Shown here: positions 32,988 to 42,232 of the stretch, piece after piece
Layout: each line of letters starts with the position of its first letter
Position numbering within the stretch: position 1 is the first letter of the stretch
Source of the DNA: Candidatus Fermentimicrarchaeum limneticum
Lineage (GTDB): Archaea; Micrarchaeota; Micrarchaeia; Burarchaeales; Fermentimicrarchaeaceae
Direction of reading: 5' to 3'
Length of the DNA stretch: 64,000 bases
NCBI GenBank assembly: GCA_013426015.1
Contig: CP058998.1
Span: 724,071-788,070, forward strand
The notes under the pieces: generated by a model
Told to the model about the DNA's origin: nothing
What the model saw: the letters and a program-made list of their open reading frames with translations, nothing else
Database searches by the model: none
Made by a program: the position numbers and the translations under genes

Positions 32988-33608
32988 ATGAGCAGGAAGA
33001 CAGAAAAAGTTGAAGGAATGGCAGAGGTAGCTCCAACGAAGGAGATAAGGGGAATTGTCAGAATTGCGGGCAGGGACATAAAAGGTGAGACGAGGCTGCG
33101 CAAGGCACTGATACAGGTAAAAGGGATTGGAGTGACGCTTGACACTGTTCTGACAAAGATCATCTCAGCCAAGCTCGGCATCTCTAGGAATGCGATGATT
33201 GGGGAGCTGAGCGATGAGCAGATGGACATGCTTGACGATATAATAAACAATCCCCACAAATACGGGGTGCCCGAGAGGATGCTGAACAGGCAGAGGGATG
33301 CCGACACCAACCAGAGCATGCATATTATAGGAACCGACCTCACGTTCAGGGTGAAGCAGGATATAACAAACGCAAAGGATATGAACACCTGGAAGGGTTA
33401 CAGGCACACATACGGCCAAAAGGTGAGGGGCCAGAGAACCAGGACGACAGGAAGGACGGGCATGACTGTTGGAGTGCTGAGAAAAGTCATGCTTGCGAAA
33501 GCCGCTGCAGCAAGGGGGGCTGAGGCCAAGGGAGCAGCACCGGCCGCTACAGAGGAAAAGAAGTCTGCAGAGGAAAAGAAGCCTGTAGAGGAAGCGAAGA
33601 AGGAGTGA
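32988..33608 (+). CDS. rps13: 30S ribosomal protein S13
   Basis: uS13 (...IVRIAGRDIKG...); start set at ATG 32988 after the tRNA; ORF track starts upstream inside the tRNA. Confidence 0.9.
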   Translation: MSRKTEKVEGMAEVAPTKEIRGIVRIAGRDIKGETRLRKALIQVKGIGVTLDTVLTKIISAKLGISRNAMIGELSDEQMDMLDDIINNPHKYGVPERMLNRQRDADTNQSMHIIGTDLTFRVKQDITNAKDMNTWKGYRHTYGQKVRGQRTRTTGRTGMTVGVLRKVMLAKAAAARGAEAKGAAPAATEEKKSAEEKKPVEEAKKE

Positions 33609-33614
33609 TGAGCT

Positions 33615-34175
33615 ATGGGAGACCCGAAGAAACTCAAGAGGAAGTATGAGTCCCCTAGGAAAATCTGGGATAAGACAAGAATTGAGGAGGAGCAGAAACT
33701 TCTCACGGAATTTGGGCTTAAGAACATGCGGGAGCTCCGAGTCACGCAGATGGAGCTTAAGAGGATAAGAAGGGAGGCGAGGAGACTGCTGTCACTAGGT
33801 GATGTCGGCAAGGAGAGGGGAAAGCCACTGCTGGGCAAGGCGGTGAGGCTGGGAATAGCAAAGCCTGAAACTTCTCTTGAGGATTTGCTCTCTCTCACAA
33901 TCAGGGATGTTCTTGATAGGAGACTGCAGACAAGAGTTTTCAAAAAGGGGCTTGCCAGGTCGATGGAGCAGAGCAGGCAGCTCATTGCCCACGGACACAT
34001 AGCCGTGGACGGCAGGAGGATGTCCGCTCCGGGCTACCTGGTGCCTGTCAGTGAGGAGGACAAGGTAGGTTATTACAAGACTGTTGATTTCATTCCTATT
34101 GTCGTAAGCAAAGCAGAGGAGAAAATGGAGGGTGAGAAAGTTGGCGGAGAAGGAGGAAGTGGAAAAGAAGAGTGA
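33615..34175 (+). CDS. rps4: 30S ribosomal protein S4
   Basis: uS4 sequence. Confidence 0.93.
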   Translation: MGDPKKLKRKYESPRKIWDKTRIEEEQKLLTEFGLKNMRELRVTQMELKRIRREARRLLSLGDVGKERGKPLLGKAVRLGIAKPETSLEDLLSLTIRDVLDRRLQTRVFKKGLARSMEQSRQLIAHGHIAVDGRRMSAPGYLVPVSEEDKVGYYKTVDFIPIVVSKAEEKMEGEKVGGEGGSGKEE

Positions 34176-34200
34176 AGCAGTTGCCGAGACAGAGGATAGG

Positions 34201-34599
34201 ATGAGAAGGAGGAAAGAAGAGATATGGGGAGTGGCACACATATACTCCTCCAAGAATGACACGATAATAACGATAACTGATGTGAGCGGCGCTGAAACAA
34301 TAGCCGTTGGAAGCGGTGGGATGATAGTGAAGGCTGACAGGGAGGAAGGTTCGCCCTATGCGGCAATGCAGGCGGCTTTCAGGGCTGCAGGCAAGGCGAA
34401 GGAGAGGGGGATAACCGCTGTTCACATACAGATACGCGCACCTGGTGGACACGGGAGCAAGACTCCTGGCCCGGGGGCACAGGCGGTTGTAAGGGCGCTT
34501 GCCAGATCCGGCCTGAGGATAGGCAGGATACAGGATGTGACACCAATTCCGACAGACACGACAAAGAGGCCGGGTGGAAGGAGAGGAAGAAGGGTATAG
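34201..34599 (+). CDS. rps11: 30S ribosomal protein S11
   Basis: uS11 (...WGVAHIYSS...); start placed at ATG 34201 to avoid 44-nt overlap; alternative start 34132. Confidence 0.9.
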   Translation: MRRRKEEIWGVAHIYSSKNDTIITITDVSGAETIAVGSGGMIVKADREEGSPYAAMQAAFRAAGKAKERGITAVHIQIRAPGGHGSKTPGPGAQAVVRALARSGLRIGRIQDVTPIPTDTTKRPGGRRGRRV

Positions 34600-34602
34600 A
34601 AG

Positions 34603-35190
34603 GTGATTCCCTTGAAAATTGAAGTGCTTAACTCAAAAGGGAATGAGATGGAGTTTGTGCTAAAGGATGCCACGGTTGGGTTTGCCAATGCGATAAGGAG
34701 GATGGGCATGTCGCAGGTTCCAGTGTTTGCTATAGACAAGGTGATATTCTATGAGAACAGCTCGGGGATATTCGACGAGTACATTGCAAACAGACTGGGA
34801 CTGGTTCCGCTGACAAGCGAGGGATCTCACAAGCCTGATGAAGAGGTGCTCTTCACACTTGATGAAAGTGAGCTCGGAGTGGTTTATTCCAAGAAGCTGA
34901 AGACTACCGACCCGAAGGTGAAGTGCGTTTACGATACGATACCAATCATAAAACTGGGTGAGAACAGGGAGATAAGGCTTGAAGCCAAGGCAAGGATAGG
35001 AAACGGAAGGGAGCACGCCAGATTCCAAGCGGGCATAATCTCATACGGATATGATAAGAATGACAAAAAGAATTTCAGGTTTAGGGTTGAGTCATTTGGA
35101 CAGGTAAGCCCTAGAACAATGCTGCTAAAGGCAGCAGGGGGATTGAAGGAGAAATGCGAGGAGATGAGCTCGCAGCTCAAAGAGGTATGA
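34603..35190 (+). CDS. rpoD: DNA-directed RNA polymerase subunit D (short form, no Fe-S domain)
   Basis: GFANAIRR motif; 195 aa with only 2 Cys; GTG start. Confidence 0.85.
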   Translation: MIPLKIEVLNSKGNEMEFVLKDATVGFANAIRRMGMSQVPVFAIDKVIFYENSSGIFDEYIANRLGLVPLTSEGSHKPDEEVLFTLDESELGVVYSKKLKTTDPKVKCVYDTIPIIKLGENREIRLEAKARIGNGREHARFQAGIISYGYDKNDKKNFRFRVESFGQVSPRTMLLKAAGGLKEKCEEMSSQLKEV

Positions 35191-35191
35191 C

Positions 35192-35297
35192 GCGGGGGTG
35201 GCAGAGTCAGGTCAAATGCGCAGGACTGAGGCTCCTGTGCCTTTAGTGGCTGCGTGGGTTCAAACCGAAAGGTTGCCCAAAAATCCCATCCCCCGCA
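35192..35297 (+). tRNA. tRNA-Leu (anticodon GAG) with ~19-nt intron inside the T-loop
   Basis: Hand-fold: acceptor GCGGGGG/CCCCCGC+A73, anticodon arm CAGGA-CTGAGGC-TCCTG, long variable arm, T-stem GTGGG...CCCAT with TTCAAA[insert]AT loop; 106 nt. Confidence 0.7.
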
Positions 35298-35311
35298 TTT
35301 TTGGTGATTGA

Positions 35312-35671
35312 ATGAAAAGAGGTCCGGAAAGCAAAAGAACATTGGAACTCATAAATCTGCTGAGGAAGAAGGCAGTGGAAAACGACGCGGGTATATGGAA
35401 GAAGGTTGCCGAGCGTCTCGGGCAGTCTGCGAGGAGGGGGGCTGAGGTGAACCTATACACAATAGACAGGAACAGCAAGGATGGCGAGGTAATTGTCGTC
35501 CCGGGAAAGGTTCTCTCAAGCGGTTCGATAAATCACAAGGTGACTGTTGCCGCGCACAGCTTCTCCGCAGCTGCAGCAGACAAGATAAGGAAGGCCGGCG
35601 GGAACTGCATGCGCCTAGATGAGGTTGTCGAGCACAACCCGAAAGGTAGCGGAATAATCTTGATGGAGTGA
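35312..35671 (+). CDS. rpl18e: 50S ribosomal protein L18e
   Basis: eL18 sequence. Confidence 0.9.
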   Translation: MKRGPESKRTLELINLLRKKAVENDAGIWKKVAERLGQSARRGAEVNLYTIDRNSKDGEVIVVPGKVLSSGSINHKVTVAAHSFSAAAADKIRKAGGNCMRLDEVVEHNPKGSGIILME

Positions 35672-35676
35672 GCAGG

Positions 35677-36105
35677 ATGAAACTCATAGACGGAACGAAT
35701 CTCTCGGTTGGAAGAGTAGGAGCAAAGGTTGCGAAATACCTTCTGAATGGAGAGGAAGTTGTAATTGTGAACGCGGAGAAGATGGCGATAGCTGGAAGGC
35801 TGGACAAGATTGTTGGGAAATACCACGAAAGAAGGACGAGGAAGGACAAGGCAACCCCGGAGAATTCGGCAAAGACTCCCAGAAGACCAGACCTGTTCGT
35901 GAAAAGAGTGGTAAGGGGCATGCTGCCATTCAAAAGCGGGAGGGGGAGGAGCGCTTTCAAGAGGCTGAGGGTGTACATGGGAGAACCTTCCCAGTTAAAG
36001 GATGCTGCAAGAGAGGATTTATCAAACCTGAGCTGCACAGTAAAGAGCAGGTATGTAAGCATCGGAAAAATCTGCGAGCGGCTGGGTTACAACAAAGGTG
36101 TTTAG
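35677..36105 (+). CDS. rpl13: 50S ribosomal protein L13
   Basis: uL13; ATG 35677. Confidence 0.93.
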   Translation: MKLIDGTNLSVGRVGAKVAKYLLNGEEVVIVNAEKMAIAGRLDKIVGKYHERRTRKDKATPENSAKTPRRPDLFVKRVVRGMLPFKSGRGRSAFKRLRVYMGEPSQLKDAAREDLSNLSCTVKSRYVSIGKICERLGYNKGV

Positions 36106-36573
36106 ATGGTGAAAGCCAAGACCACAAAGAAAAAAACTTCTAAGGCAAAGCAGAAGAAGCCTGCAGAGAAGAAGCTCAAGGTGATAGCTACCAGAGGAAA
36201 GAGGAAGGAGAGCATCGCGAGGGCATATGTGCATGAGGGCAAAGGAATTGTAAGGATAAACAGCATCTCGCTTGAAGGGATGCCCAATGGTTACTTGAAA
36301 AGCATAATAATGGAGCCTCTCCTTATGGCAGAGGACAAGGCTAAGAACCTGGACATAAGGGTGATTGTGAGGGGCGGCGGAGTCATGGGGCAGGCAGAGG
36401 CTGTCAGGACAGCAATCGCCCGGGGGATAGTTGATTTCACTGCCGACGAGAGTTTGAGAGAGAGTATGGACAAGAGGGACAGATTCATGCTTCTGGAGGA
36501 TTCAAGAAGAGTGGAGCCGAAGAAGTACAAGGGTCCTAAAGCAAGGGCCAGGTTCCAGAAGTCGTACAGGTGA
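36106..36573 (+). CDS. rps9: 30S ribosomal protein S9
   Basis: uS9, C-terminal ...KSYR. Confidence 0.93.
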   Translation: MVKAKTTKKKTSKAKQKKPAEKKLKVIATRGKRKESIARAYVHEGKGIVRINSISLEGMPNGYLKSIIMEPLLMAEDKAKNLDIRVIVRGGGVMGQAEAVRTAIARGIVDFTADESLRESMDKRDRFMLLEDSRRVEPKKYKGPKARARFQKSYR

Positions 36574-36577
36574 TCGT

Positions 36578-36772
36578 ATGATGATTCCAGTAAGGTGTTT
36601 CACTTGCGGTGCAGTCATTGCACACAAGTACGATGATTATGTGAAAAAGGTGAAGGAGGGAGAGAACCCCGAGAAGGTGCTGGACAAGCTGGGGTTCAAG
36701 AGGTATTGCTGCAGGAGGATGTTCCTGAGCCATGTGGATACAATAGATGAGATAATAAAGTACGGAAGGTAG
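36578..36772 (+). CDS. rpoN: DNA-directed RNA polymerase subunit N
   Basis: 64 aa; [10 protein letters not shown]...YCCRRM Rpb10 Zn-bundle. Confidence 0.92.
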   Translation: MMIPVRCFTCGAVIAHKYDDYVKKVKEGENPEKVLDKLGFKRYCCRRMFLSHVDTIDEIIKYGR

Positions 36773-36779
36773 ACTTAGA

Positions 36780-36907
36780 GGGGCCGTGTGCTAGCCTGGC
36801 ATGCTTCCGGCTTCAGAGCAAAACTCTGCCGGAATGGGGTGCCGGCGACCCGAGGAGCTTCCTGAGTAACATCAGGTTGAATGGGAATTCAAATCTCGGC
36901 GGCCCCA
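36780..36907 (+). tRNA. Intron-containing tRNA, identity unresolved (best guess tRNA-Pro, anticodon GGG), apparently with two inserts
   Basis: Acceptor GGGGCCG/CGGCCCC+A73 and T-loop TTCAAAT + CTCGG are clear; ~33-nt insert between T-stem 5' strand CCGAG and T-loop; a second ~26-nt hairpin insert near the anticodon arm; 128 nt. Confidence 0.55.
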
Positions 36908-36927
36908 TTTTGCTAAGGGGGATTTGC

Positions 36928-37536
36928 ATGGGTGAACTTTTGATTCAGCAGGAAAAGTATTTGGAAGCTGGCATACATATCGGTACGAAGATAAAGACGC
37001 CCGACATGAACCAGTTCATATACAAAGCAAGGCAGGACAGGCTGTATGTGCTTGATTTGAAGAAAGTTGATGAGAGGATAAGAGTTGCTGCAAAATTCAT
37101 CCCTCACTACAAGCCCGAGGAAATGCTGATTGTTGCCTCAAGATTGTATGCGAGCAGCTCCGCCAAGAAGTTCTGCGAAGCGGTGGGATGCAGGGTTGTT
37201 GAAGGCAGGTTTATTCCAGGAATGCTGACAAACCCCGCAAGAGGGGATTACTGGGAACCGAAGCTGCTGTTCATATGCGACCCGAAGAATGAGAGGCAGG
37301 CAATAAAGGAAGCAAATTCGACAGGCATACCTGTGATTGCACTGTGCGACACGGACAACTCCACGAAATTCGTGGATTGGATAATCCCGTGCAACAACAA
37401 AGGCAGGAAGTCGCTTGCATTAATTTTCTATCTTCTTGCAAGGGAAATCAAGAAGCTTAAGGGAGATGAGGAGTTCAAGCTAAAGCCGGAGGACTTTGAA
37501 GGAATGAGAGACGAGGAGGAAGAGCCCTCAGCTTGA
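36928..37536 (+). CDS. rps2: 30S ribosomal protein S2
   Basis: uS2; start ATG 36928 ([19 protein letters not shown]...) just after the tRNA. Confidence 0.92.
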   Translation: MGELLIQQEKYLEAGIHIGTKIKTPDMNQFIYKARQDRLYVLDLKKVDERIRVAAKFIPHYKPEEMLIVASRLYASSSAKKFCEAVGCRVVEGRFIPGMLTNPARGDYWEPKLLFICDPKNERQAIKEANSTGIPVIALCDTDNSTKFVDWIIPCNNKGRKSLALIFYLLAREIKKLKGDEEFKLKPEDFEGMRDEEEEPSA

Positions 37537-38781
37537 TTCCCTTATGCAGTTGTTCTTGACAAACGGGTCAGTTATGCTCTGGCATACTGTTGAGTTCTTG
37601 CTGTTTATTGCAAGCTGCTTGAAACATTCATCCTCCCAGTTCTGATGGATGATGGTCGCGCATGAGGAGAACGTGTAATTCTGGTTGTATATTATAGACG
37701 AGTAGCACGTGTTCATCGTGTAGGTGTTCTCTATTTTCGAGCAGAAGGACGGGTTGCTAGCGCTTTTTGCAATATTTAGATGGCACGAATCCTTCTTCAT
37801 AGGTTCGGATATCCTGTTGCATAGCGAGATGTTGCCCGTGACATTTGCAACGCCGTAATAGCAGTTATCCTTGTCCGTTATGCACTCGTAGCAGATTATC
37901 CTGGAGCATATGTCCGCATTCCTGCTTTTCACAGCTATGTTTGTGTAGCACTTGTCCTGGTAGAGGTGGGTGCTTATGTTCGAGCATAGCGAGTAGTTCG
38001 TGCTGTCGCTTGCAAAAACCTCAATGCACGAATCTATCTGCAGGTAATCCGGAAGTTCGTTGCAGAGAGAGTAATTTCCGGTGAGCTTCGTGAGGCACAG
38101 GTATTTCGTGTATAGATTGGAAATGCTGCTGCAGAGCGAGGAATTGCTGTTGAGATATGCAAAGTAGCGGTAGCAGTCGCCCCTCACCCCTGCTCCCGCA
38201 GGCAATGCGCATATGGAATAGTCATTCTTGTTCTTTGCAAATTCAACATAACACATGTCGGTAAGGGACTGGTTTTGGATTTCCGCACATATCGACTCAT
38301 TGTTTCTTGCCTTTGCCATGCAGAGATGGAAGTCGTAACCGTCAGTCATTTCCTCGCAGAGCACGGTATCGTCACCCAAGTCCAGGCGGCACTGCTTTCT
38401 CAGAATTGCATTCTCAATTTTTTTGCATGTGACAACTCCCACAACCGGTGCCAAGGTATGGTAGCAGTCGTCCCTCGTCTCCATGCTGAGTATTCTTCCG
38501 CAGAGTGTCGAGTCATTCAGATTTATTGCAAACCTGAGGTTGCAGGCATCCCTGAGAGAGTCTGAGAAGATGAACGAGCATGCGGTCAGGTTGTTCTTGG
38601 AGATTGCATCGTTGTAGTAGCATCTGTCTCCCTCTGCGCGGTCGGTTATTTCAGCGCACTGCAATTCCACAGGCGGCGGGGTTACTGTACCGTTATTTTT
38701 CGGTCCTTCAGGAAGCTGATATGAGACGCATCCAAAGAGCAATAAGAAAAATACCGTGAACAAGGCTATTTTGACGTTCAT
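37528..38781 (-). CDS. Cys-rich tandem-repeat lipoprotein (predicted secreted, N-glycosylated surface protein)
   Basis: Signal peptide plus lipobox-like [18 protein letters not shown]; ~15 repeats of ~26 aa with pattern C-x2-I-x5-7-[RD]-x-C-[YF]; ~30 Cys; many N-x-S/T sequons. Confidence 0.6.
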   Translation of the reverse strand: MNVKIALFTVFFLLLFGCVSYQLPEGPKNNGTVTPPPVELQCAEITDRAEGDRCYYNDAISKNNLTACSFIFSDSLRDACNLRFAINLNDSTLCGRILSMETRDDCYHTLAPVVGVVTCKKIENAILRKQCRLDLGDDTVLCEEMTDGYDFHLCMAKARNNESICAEIQNQSLTDMCYVEFAKNKNDYSICALPAGAGVRGDCYRYFAYLNSNSSLCSSISNLYTKYLCLTKLTGNYSLCNELPDYLQIDSCIEVFASDSTNYSLCSNISTHLYQDKCYTNIAVKSRNADICSRIICYECITDKDNCYYGVANVTGNISLCNRISEPMKKDSCHLNIAKSASNPSFCSKIENTYTMNTCYSSIIYNQNYTFSSCATIIHQNWEDECFKQLAINSKNSTVCQSITDPFVKNNCIRESS

Positions 38782-38886
38782 GAATAGATTTAAGCTGCAT
38801 CTATTTATTAACATTTCTTTAAGGTCAGCTTACCCTCTTGTCTTCATCTGGCTTTCGCCATCAGGAATACCTCGTATCATCACTAA

Positions 38887-38979
38887 TAGCCCCGGTCGGA
38901 TTCGAACCGACGTGAGCGGGTCCAAAGCCCGCTATCTTACCAGGTTTCACCAACCTCTTGGCCACTAGATGACGGGGCT
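38887..38979 (-). tRNA. tRNA-Gln (anticodon UUG) with ~19-nt intron in the D-arm
   Basis: Hand-fold: acceptor AGCCCCG/CGGGGCT+A73, anticodon arm GCGGG-CTTTGGA-CCCGC, T-arm GTCGG-TTCGAAT-CCGAC; D-stem ATCT/AGAT encloses 29 nt (loop + insert); 93 nt. Confidence 0.7.
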
Positions 38980-39004
38980 GCTTTTAAGAATTTGGATTTG
39001 ATGG

Positions 39005-40441
39005 TTAATATGCTTTGCCCACATAGACTTGTTGGCTGGCCTTCTTCCCGCACCGGATGCAGCTTCCCTTCGCCTTCTCCTCCTTCCCCAGAGGAGCGCC
39101 GCGTATGTTTCCGCCAAGAGTCTCCGCCTTTATGTGATCGGCGCATTCCGTGGAGCCGCACCAGCTGATTCTAACAAGCCCTCCCTTCTCGCTGAGAATC
39201 TGCTTGAGCTTGTCTATGCTGTCCGCTTCGGAAATGTGCTCCTTGAAGAATTTCTCAGCCCTTGCGACAAGATTTTGCTGTATCTCCTCCGACAATTTCC
39301 TGACTTTTTCCACTACCTCGTTCTCCTTCACTGTCATCTTCTCTCCGGTATCCCTTCTAACAAGCACTAGCTGTTTCTTCTCGATGTCCTTGGGACCAAC
39401 CTCAATTCTTACCGGAACTCCCTTCAGCTCCCAGTAGTTGTACTTCCAGCCGGGCGTGTGCTCCTTTCTCTCATCAACCTTTGCGGGTATGCAGCTGCTT
39501 TCAAGAAGCTCCTTTACTAAGCGTGCTTTTTTGATTACGGCTTTATCGGAGCCCTTGAAGTATACCGGAACTACTATGGCTGTAAGAGGTGCAATTGCAG
39601 GCGGTATTATCAGTCCCTTGTCATCCCCGTGGATTGCGACGAGCACACCGAAAATCCTCCAGACCGCAGGACCATAGCAGGTCTGCCAGCCGTATCTCTC
39701 CTTGCCCTCCCTATCCACGAACTTTATGTTGAATGCTTTTGAGAAGTTCTGCCCCAGGAAATGGGTTGAAGGCAGCTGTATCACCTTTCCGTCAGGCATT
39801 ATGCTGTCCGCTGCATAGGTGCTTACGGCACCTTTGAACTTGTCGTGCTCCGGCCTCTTGAAGAAGATGAACGGTATGGCGAACTGCTTCAGCACGTTTC
39901 CGGTGATCTCCATGTCCTCCTCAACCTGCTTCAGCGCCTCCTCCTCTGTCTCAAAAACATCGTGCGCCTCTGTCCAGTAGAACTCCCTTCCCCGTATGAA
40001 CGGCTTTGTTGACTTTCCTTCGAACCTCCACACCTGGCAGCTCTGGTATATCTTGTAAGGCAGGTCCCGCCATGTCCTGATCCACATGGAGAACATTGAA
40101 TACATCGCAGTTTCCGAGGTAGGCCTGAGGGCAAGCCTCTCTGAGAACTTTACATTGTCGCTTCCGCCCTCTGTAACCCAGAAGACGTCTGCCGAGAAAC
40201 CCTCTGCGTGCTCTGCTTCCTTCTTGAAGTATGATTCAGGGATGAGCGCAGGGAACCACGCCGGCTCATGACCTTTTTTTTCAAGCTCGGCTTCAAGGAT
40301 GCGGTACATATTCTTCATAGTTCTGACGGACCACGGCATGTGCGCCAGAAATCCCTTCACATTGTACCGTATGTCCGCTAGCTCCGCTTCCTGTATGACT
40401 TCAGTGTACCATTCTGAGAACTTGTTTTTCGGGTTTTTCAT
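39005..40441 (-). CDS. proS: Prolyl-tRNA synthetase (archaeal/eukaryotic type)
   Basis: Class II aaRS motifs; C-terminal Zn-binding CGSTEC...CIRCG; start at ATG 40441 (ORF track start 40477). Confidence 0.92.
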   Translation of the reverse strand: MKNPKNKFSEWYTEVIQEAELADIRYNVKGFLAHMPWSVRTMKNMYRILEAELEKKGHEPAWFPALIPESYFKKEAEHAEGFSADVFWVTEGGSDNVKFSERLALRPTSETAMYSMFSMWIRTWRDLPYKIYQSCQVWRFEGKSTKPFIRGREFYWTEAHDVFETEEEALKQVEEDMEITGNVLKQFAIPFIFFKRPEHDKFKGAVSTYAADSIMPDGKVIQLPSTHFLGQNFSKAFNIKFVDREGKERYGWQTCYGPAVWRIFGVLVAIHGDDKGLIIPPAIAPLTAIVVPVYFKGSDKAVIKKARLVKELLESSCIPAKVDERKEHTPGWKYNYWELKGVPVRIEVGPKDIEKKQLVLVRRDTGEKMTVKENEVVEKVRKLSEEIQQNLVARAEKFFKEHISEADSIDKLKQILSEKGGLVRISWCGSTECADHIKAETLGGNIRGAPLGKEEKAKGSCIRCGKKASQQVYVGKAY

Positions 40442-40537
40442 TGAATCACTCTTATCCCACTGCAGGATAATAAACATTTCTATATTTTGAGAAAGGATTT
40501 TATATAGCGTAAGGGAAAGGCTATAGGGGCTGTCGGT

Positions 40538-41143
40538 ATGCCGGTATTCATAGACTCAAGGATTTGCGATAATCAGGATGTATGCGACGTTAAGAAGATC
40601 TGCCCGAGTAATGCAGTCTCGCTTGACAAAAAGGAAGGGATGATAATTGACAGTGCGAAATGCACAGGGTGCCTGCTCTGCCTGAAGGCTTGCCCTTACC
40701 TTGCCGTGAAGCTTGCCAAGGATGAGAATGAGCTTGCTGAGTTCAGGAAGAAGCTGAAAAGAGCCAAGCTGGACAGAAGGGCGCATATCGCAAAAATCTA
40801 CGGGACAAAGCTCGGCAGGGTCGGGAGGGTACAGCTTAAAGATTCTAATTTCAGGAAGAAGGTTGACTCGAAAGTGCCAACGTTGGTCGTTTTCTGGGGG
40901 GCCCATAGCGGGGTCATGGCTCCTCTGCTGAGGGAGGCTGGCAGAAGGCACAGGAACAAGCTGAGGGTAGCATACGTAAAATTTGCTGACAACCCAAAAA
41001 CTAGCAAGAAATACGCAATAGCCACCACCCCCACCCTTGTGCTTTTCAGGGAGGGGAAGGAGATCGGAAGGCTGGATGGGATAAGACACCGGGAGACTCT
41101 GAGGGTGTGGATTGAGACGAAACTGAAGCCTAGTCCTTCTTGA
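40538..41143 (+). CDS. 4Fe-4S ferredoxin domain fused to a thioredoxin-fold domain lacking the CxxC active site
   Basis: N-terminal CTGCLLCLKACP motif; C-terminal thioredoxin-like region with WGAHSG in place of WCxxC. Confidence 0.55.
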   Translation: MPVFIDSRICDNQDVCDVKKICPSNAVSLDKKEGMIIDSAKCTGCLLCLKACPYLAVKLAKDENELAEFRKKLKRAKLDRRAHIAKIYGTKLGRVGRVQLKDSNFRKKVDSKVPTLVVFWGAHSGVMAPLLREAGRRHRNKLRVAYVKFADNPKTSKKYAIATTPTLVLFREGKEIGRLDGIRHRETLRVWIETKLKPSPS

Positions 41144-42083
41144 ATCTCTTGCGCAGCTTTGACGCAACAATGAGGAGCAGTATAAGCACTACTGTTACAA
41201 GCGCGGACTGTTCTATTCTGAACGACTTTTCAAAACCCAGAAGTATAGCAAGTATGAGCACCGGGTAGTTTAGCACAAATACCAACAGGGCGGACTTCCC
41301 AAAATCCTCAAGGATGCCTGAGGAGATTCCTTTTAGCTCAACGACCCAGTAAACCAGGACAAGGAATAGGACGCAGAATCCTGATGAGAGCAGCACATAA
41401 GGCAGCGTGCCTACGTTTCGGTCATACTCAATAAATCTGCTGAGCAGGAATCCTGCTAGCGTGAGGAGGATGCCCAGCTTGGCGAAGGATGGCAGGGCGT
41501 TCTTCTTCCTCTTCATAAAATACTCCCCGCTCATATAGCCTATGAGCACGATGGAGCTGAGCGAGATTGAACCCAAAAGACCTCCGTTGGGGAAAGAAGA
41601 GAGGAGGGCATACGCCGCAGGGATGGAAGTCAGATACGAATAGCACAGCCCCACTACTAGTATCGCAAGTATTTTCATATTATCTGAAAAGCAGATGAAG
41701 AACATTGCAAAGAGTCCAGACATGCTTATTGCTTCCAACACCCACCAGATCCTTTGCACAGAAGCTATGAGCACTATGTCAAGCAAAAAACCAAGGGCAA
41801 AAATCTTTGAGTACCTGATTAGGACATGCTTTATTGCATCCTCCTCGCTGACCCCTCCCTTTTTTCTGTTGTAGATTGATACGCAGATGGATACTCCTGA
41901 GATGAACAAGAACAACGCAATGGCCATATCTCCTATTGAGATAACACTTCTTACACTGTATACGAGAAGCGGAAGCGGGTCTGAGGGGAAGATGTTCACA
42001 AAAAAGTGAAGTAGGACCATGAAAAGGACCGCTATGCCTCTGTAGACATCAACCCAGCGGTATCTCATGAGGATGATAGGCAT
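41130..42083 (-). CDS. Multi-pass membrane protein of unknown function
   Basis: 317 aa, ~9 hydrophobic segments; family assignment uncertain. Confidence 0.5.
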   Translation of the reverse strand: MPIILMRYRWVDVYRGIAVLFMVLLHFFVNIFPSDPLPLLVYSVRSVISIGDMAIALFLFISGVSICVSIYNRKKGGVSEEDAIKHVLIRYSKIFALGFLLDIVLIASVQRIWWVLEAISMSGLFAMFFICFSDNMKILAILVVGLCYSYLTSIPAAYALLSSFPNGGLLGSISLSSIVLIGYMSGEYFMKRKKNALPSFAKLGILLTLAGFLLSRFIEYDRNVGTLPYVLLSSGFCVLFLVLVYWVVELKGISSGILEDFGKSALLVFVLNYPVLILAILLGFEKSFRIEQSALVTVVLILLLIVASKLRKRFKKD

Positions 42084-42102
42084 TGCAGGTTATTAATATT
42101 TG

Positions 42103-42150
42103 ATGGGGCCAGAGTGCATTAAACTTCAAGTTTTTGGATTGGGCCATAGG
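42103..42150. repeat. att-like repeat A: partial copy of the tRNA-Trp 3' end plus shared ~45-bp motif
   Basis: ATGGGGCCAGAG 12-mer identical to the plus-strand image of the tRNA-Trp 3' end at 45555-45566; ~85% identical to repeat B. Confidence 0.6.
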
Positions 42151-42232
42151 ATTTTTAAGAAATTAATAAGAAAGTAATTAATTCTAAGACAAGCTCCTTC
42201 TGGCTATTCTAGTCCTGTCAAGTAGATGACAA

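Noticed and set aside
35349-36062. 237-aa minus-strand ORF overlapping rpl18e/rpl13
   Set aside because: Antisense shadow of conserved ribosomal protein genes.
36780-36907. tRNA-Sec or opal-suppressor tRNA (anticodon UCA suggested by a CUUCAGA loop)
   Set aside because: The acceptor/T-arm geometry is the standard 7/5, not the 9/4 of archaeal tRNA-Sec; no selenoprotein machinery is visible; an alternative fold gives a Pro-like tRNA, so the UCA reading is not supported.
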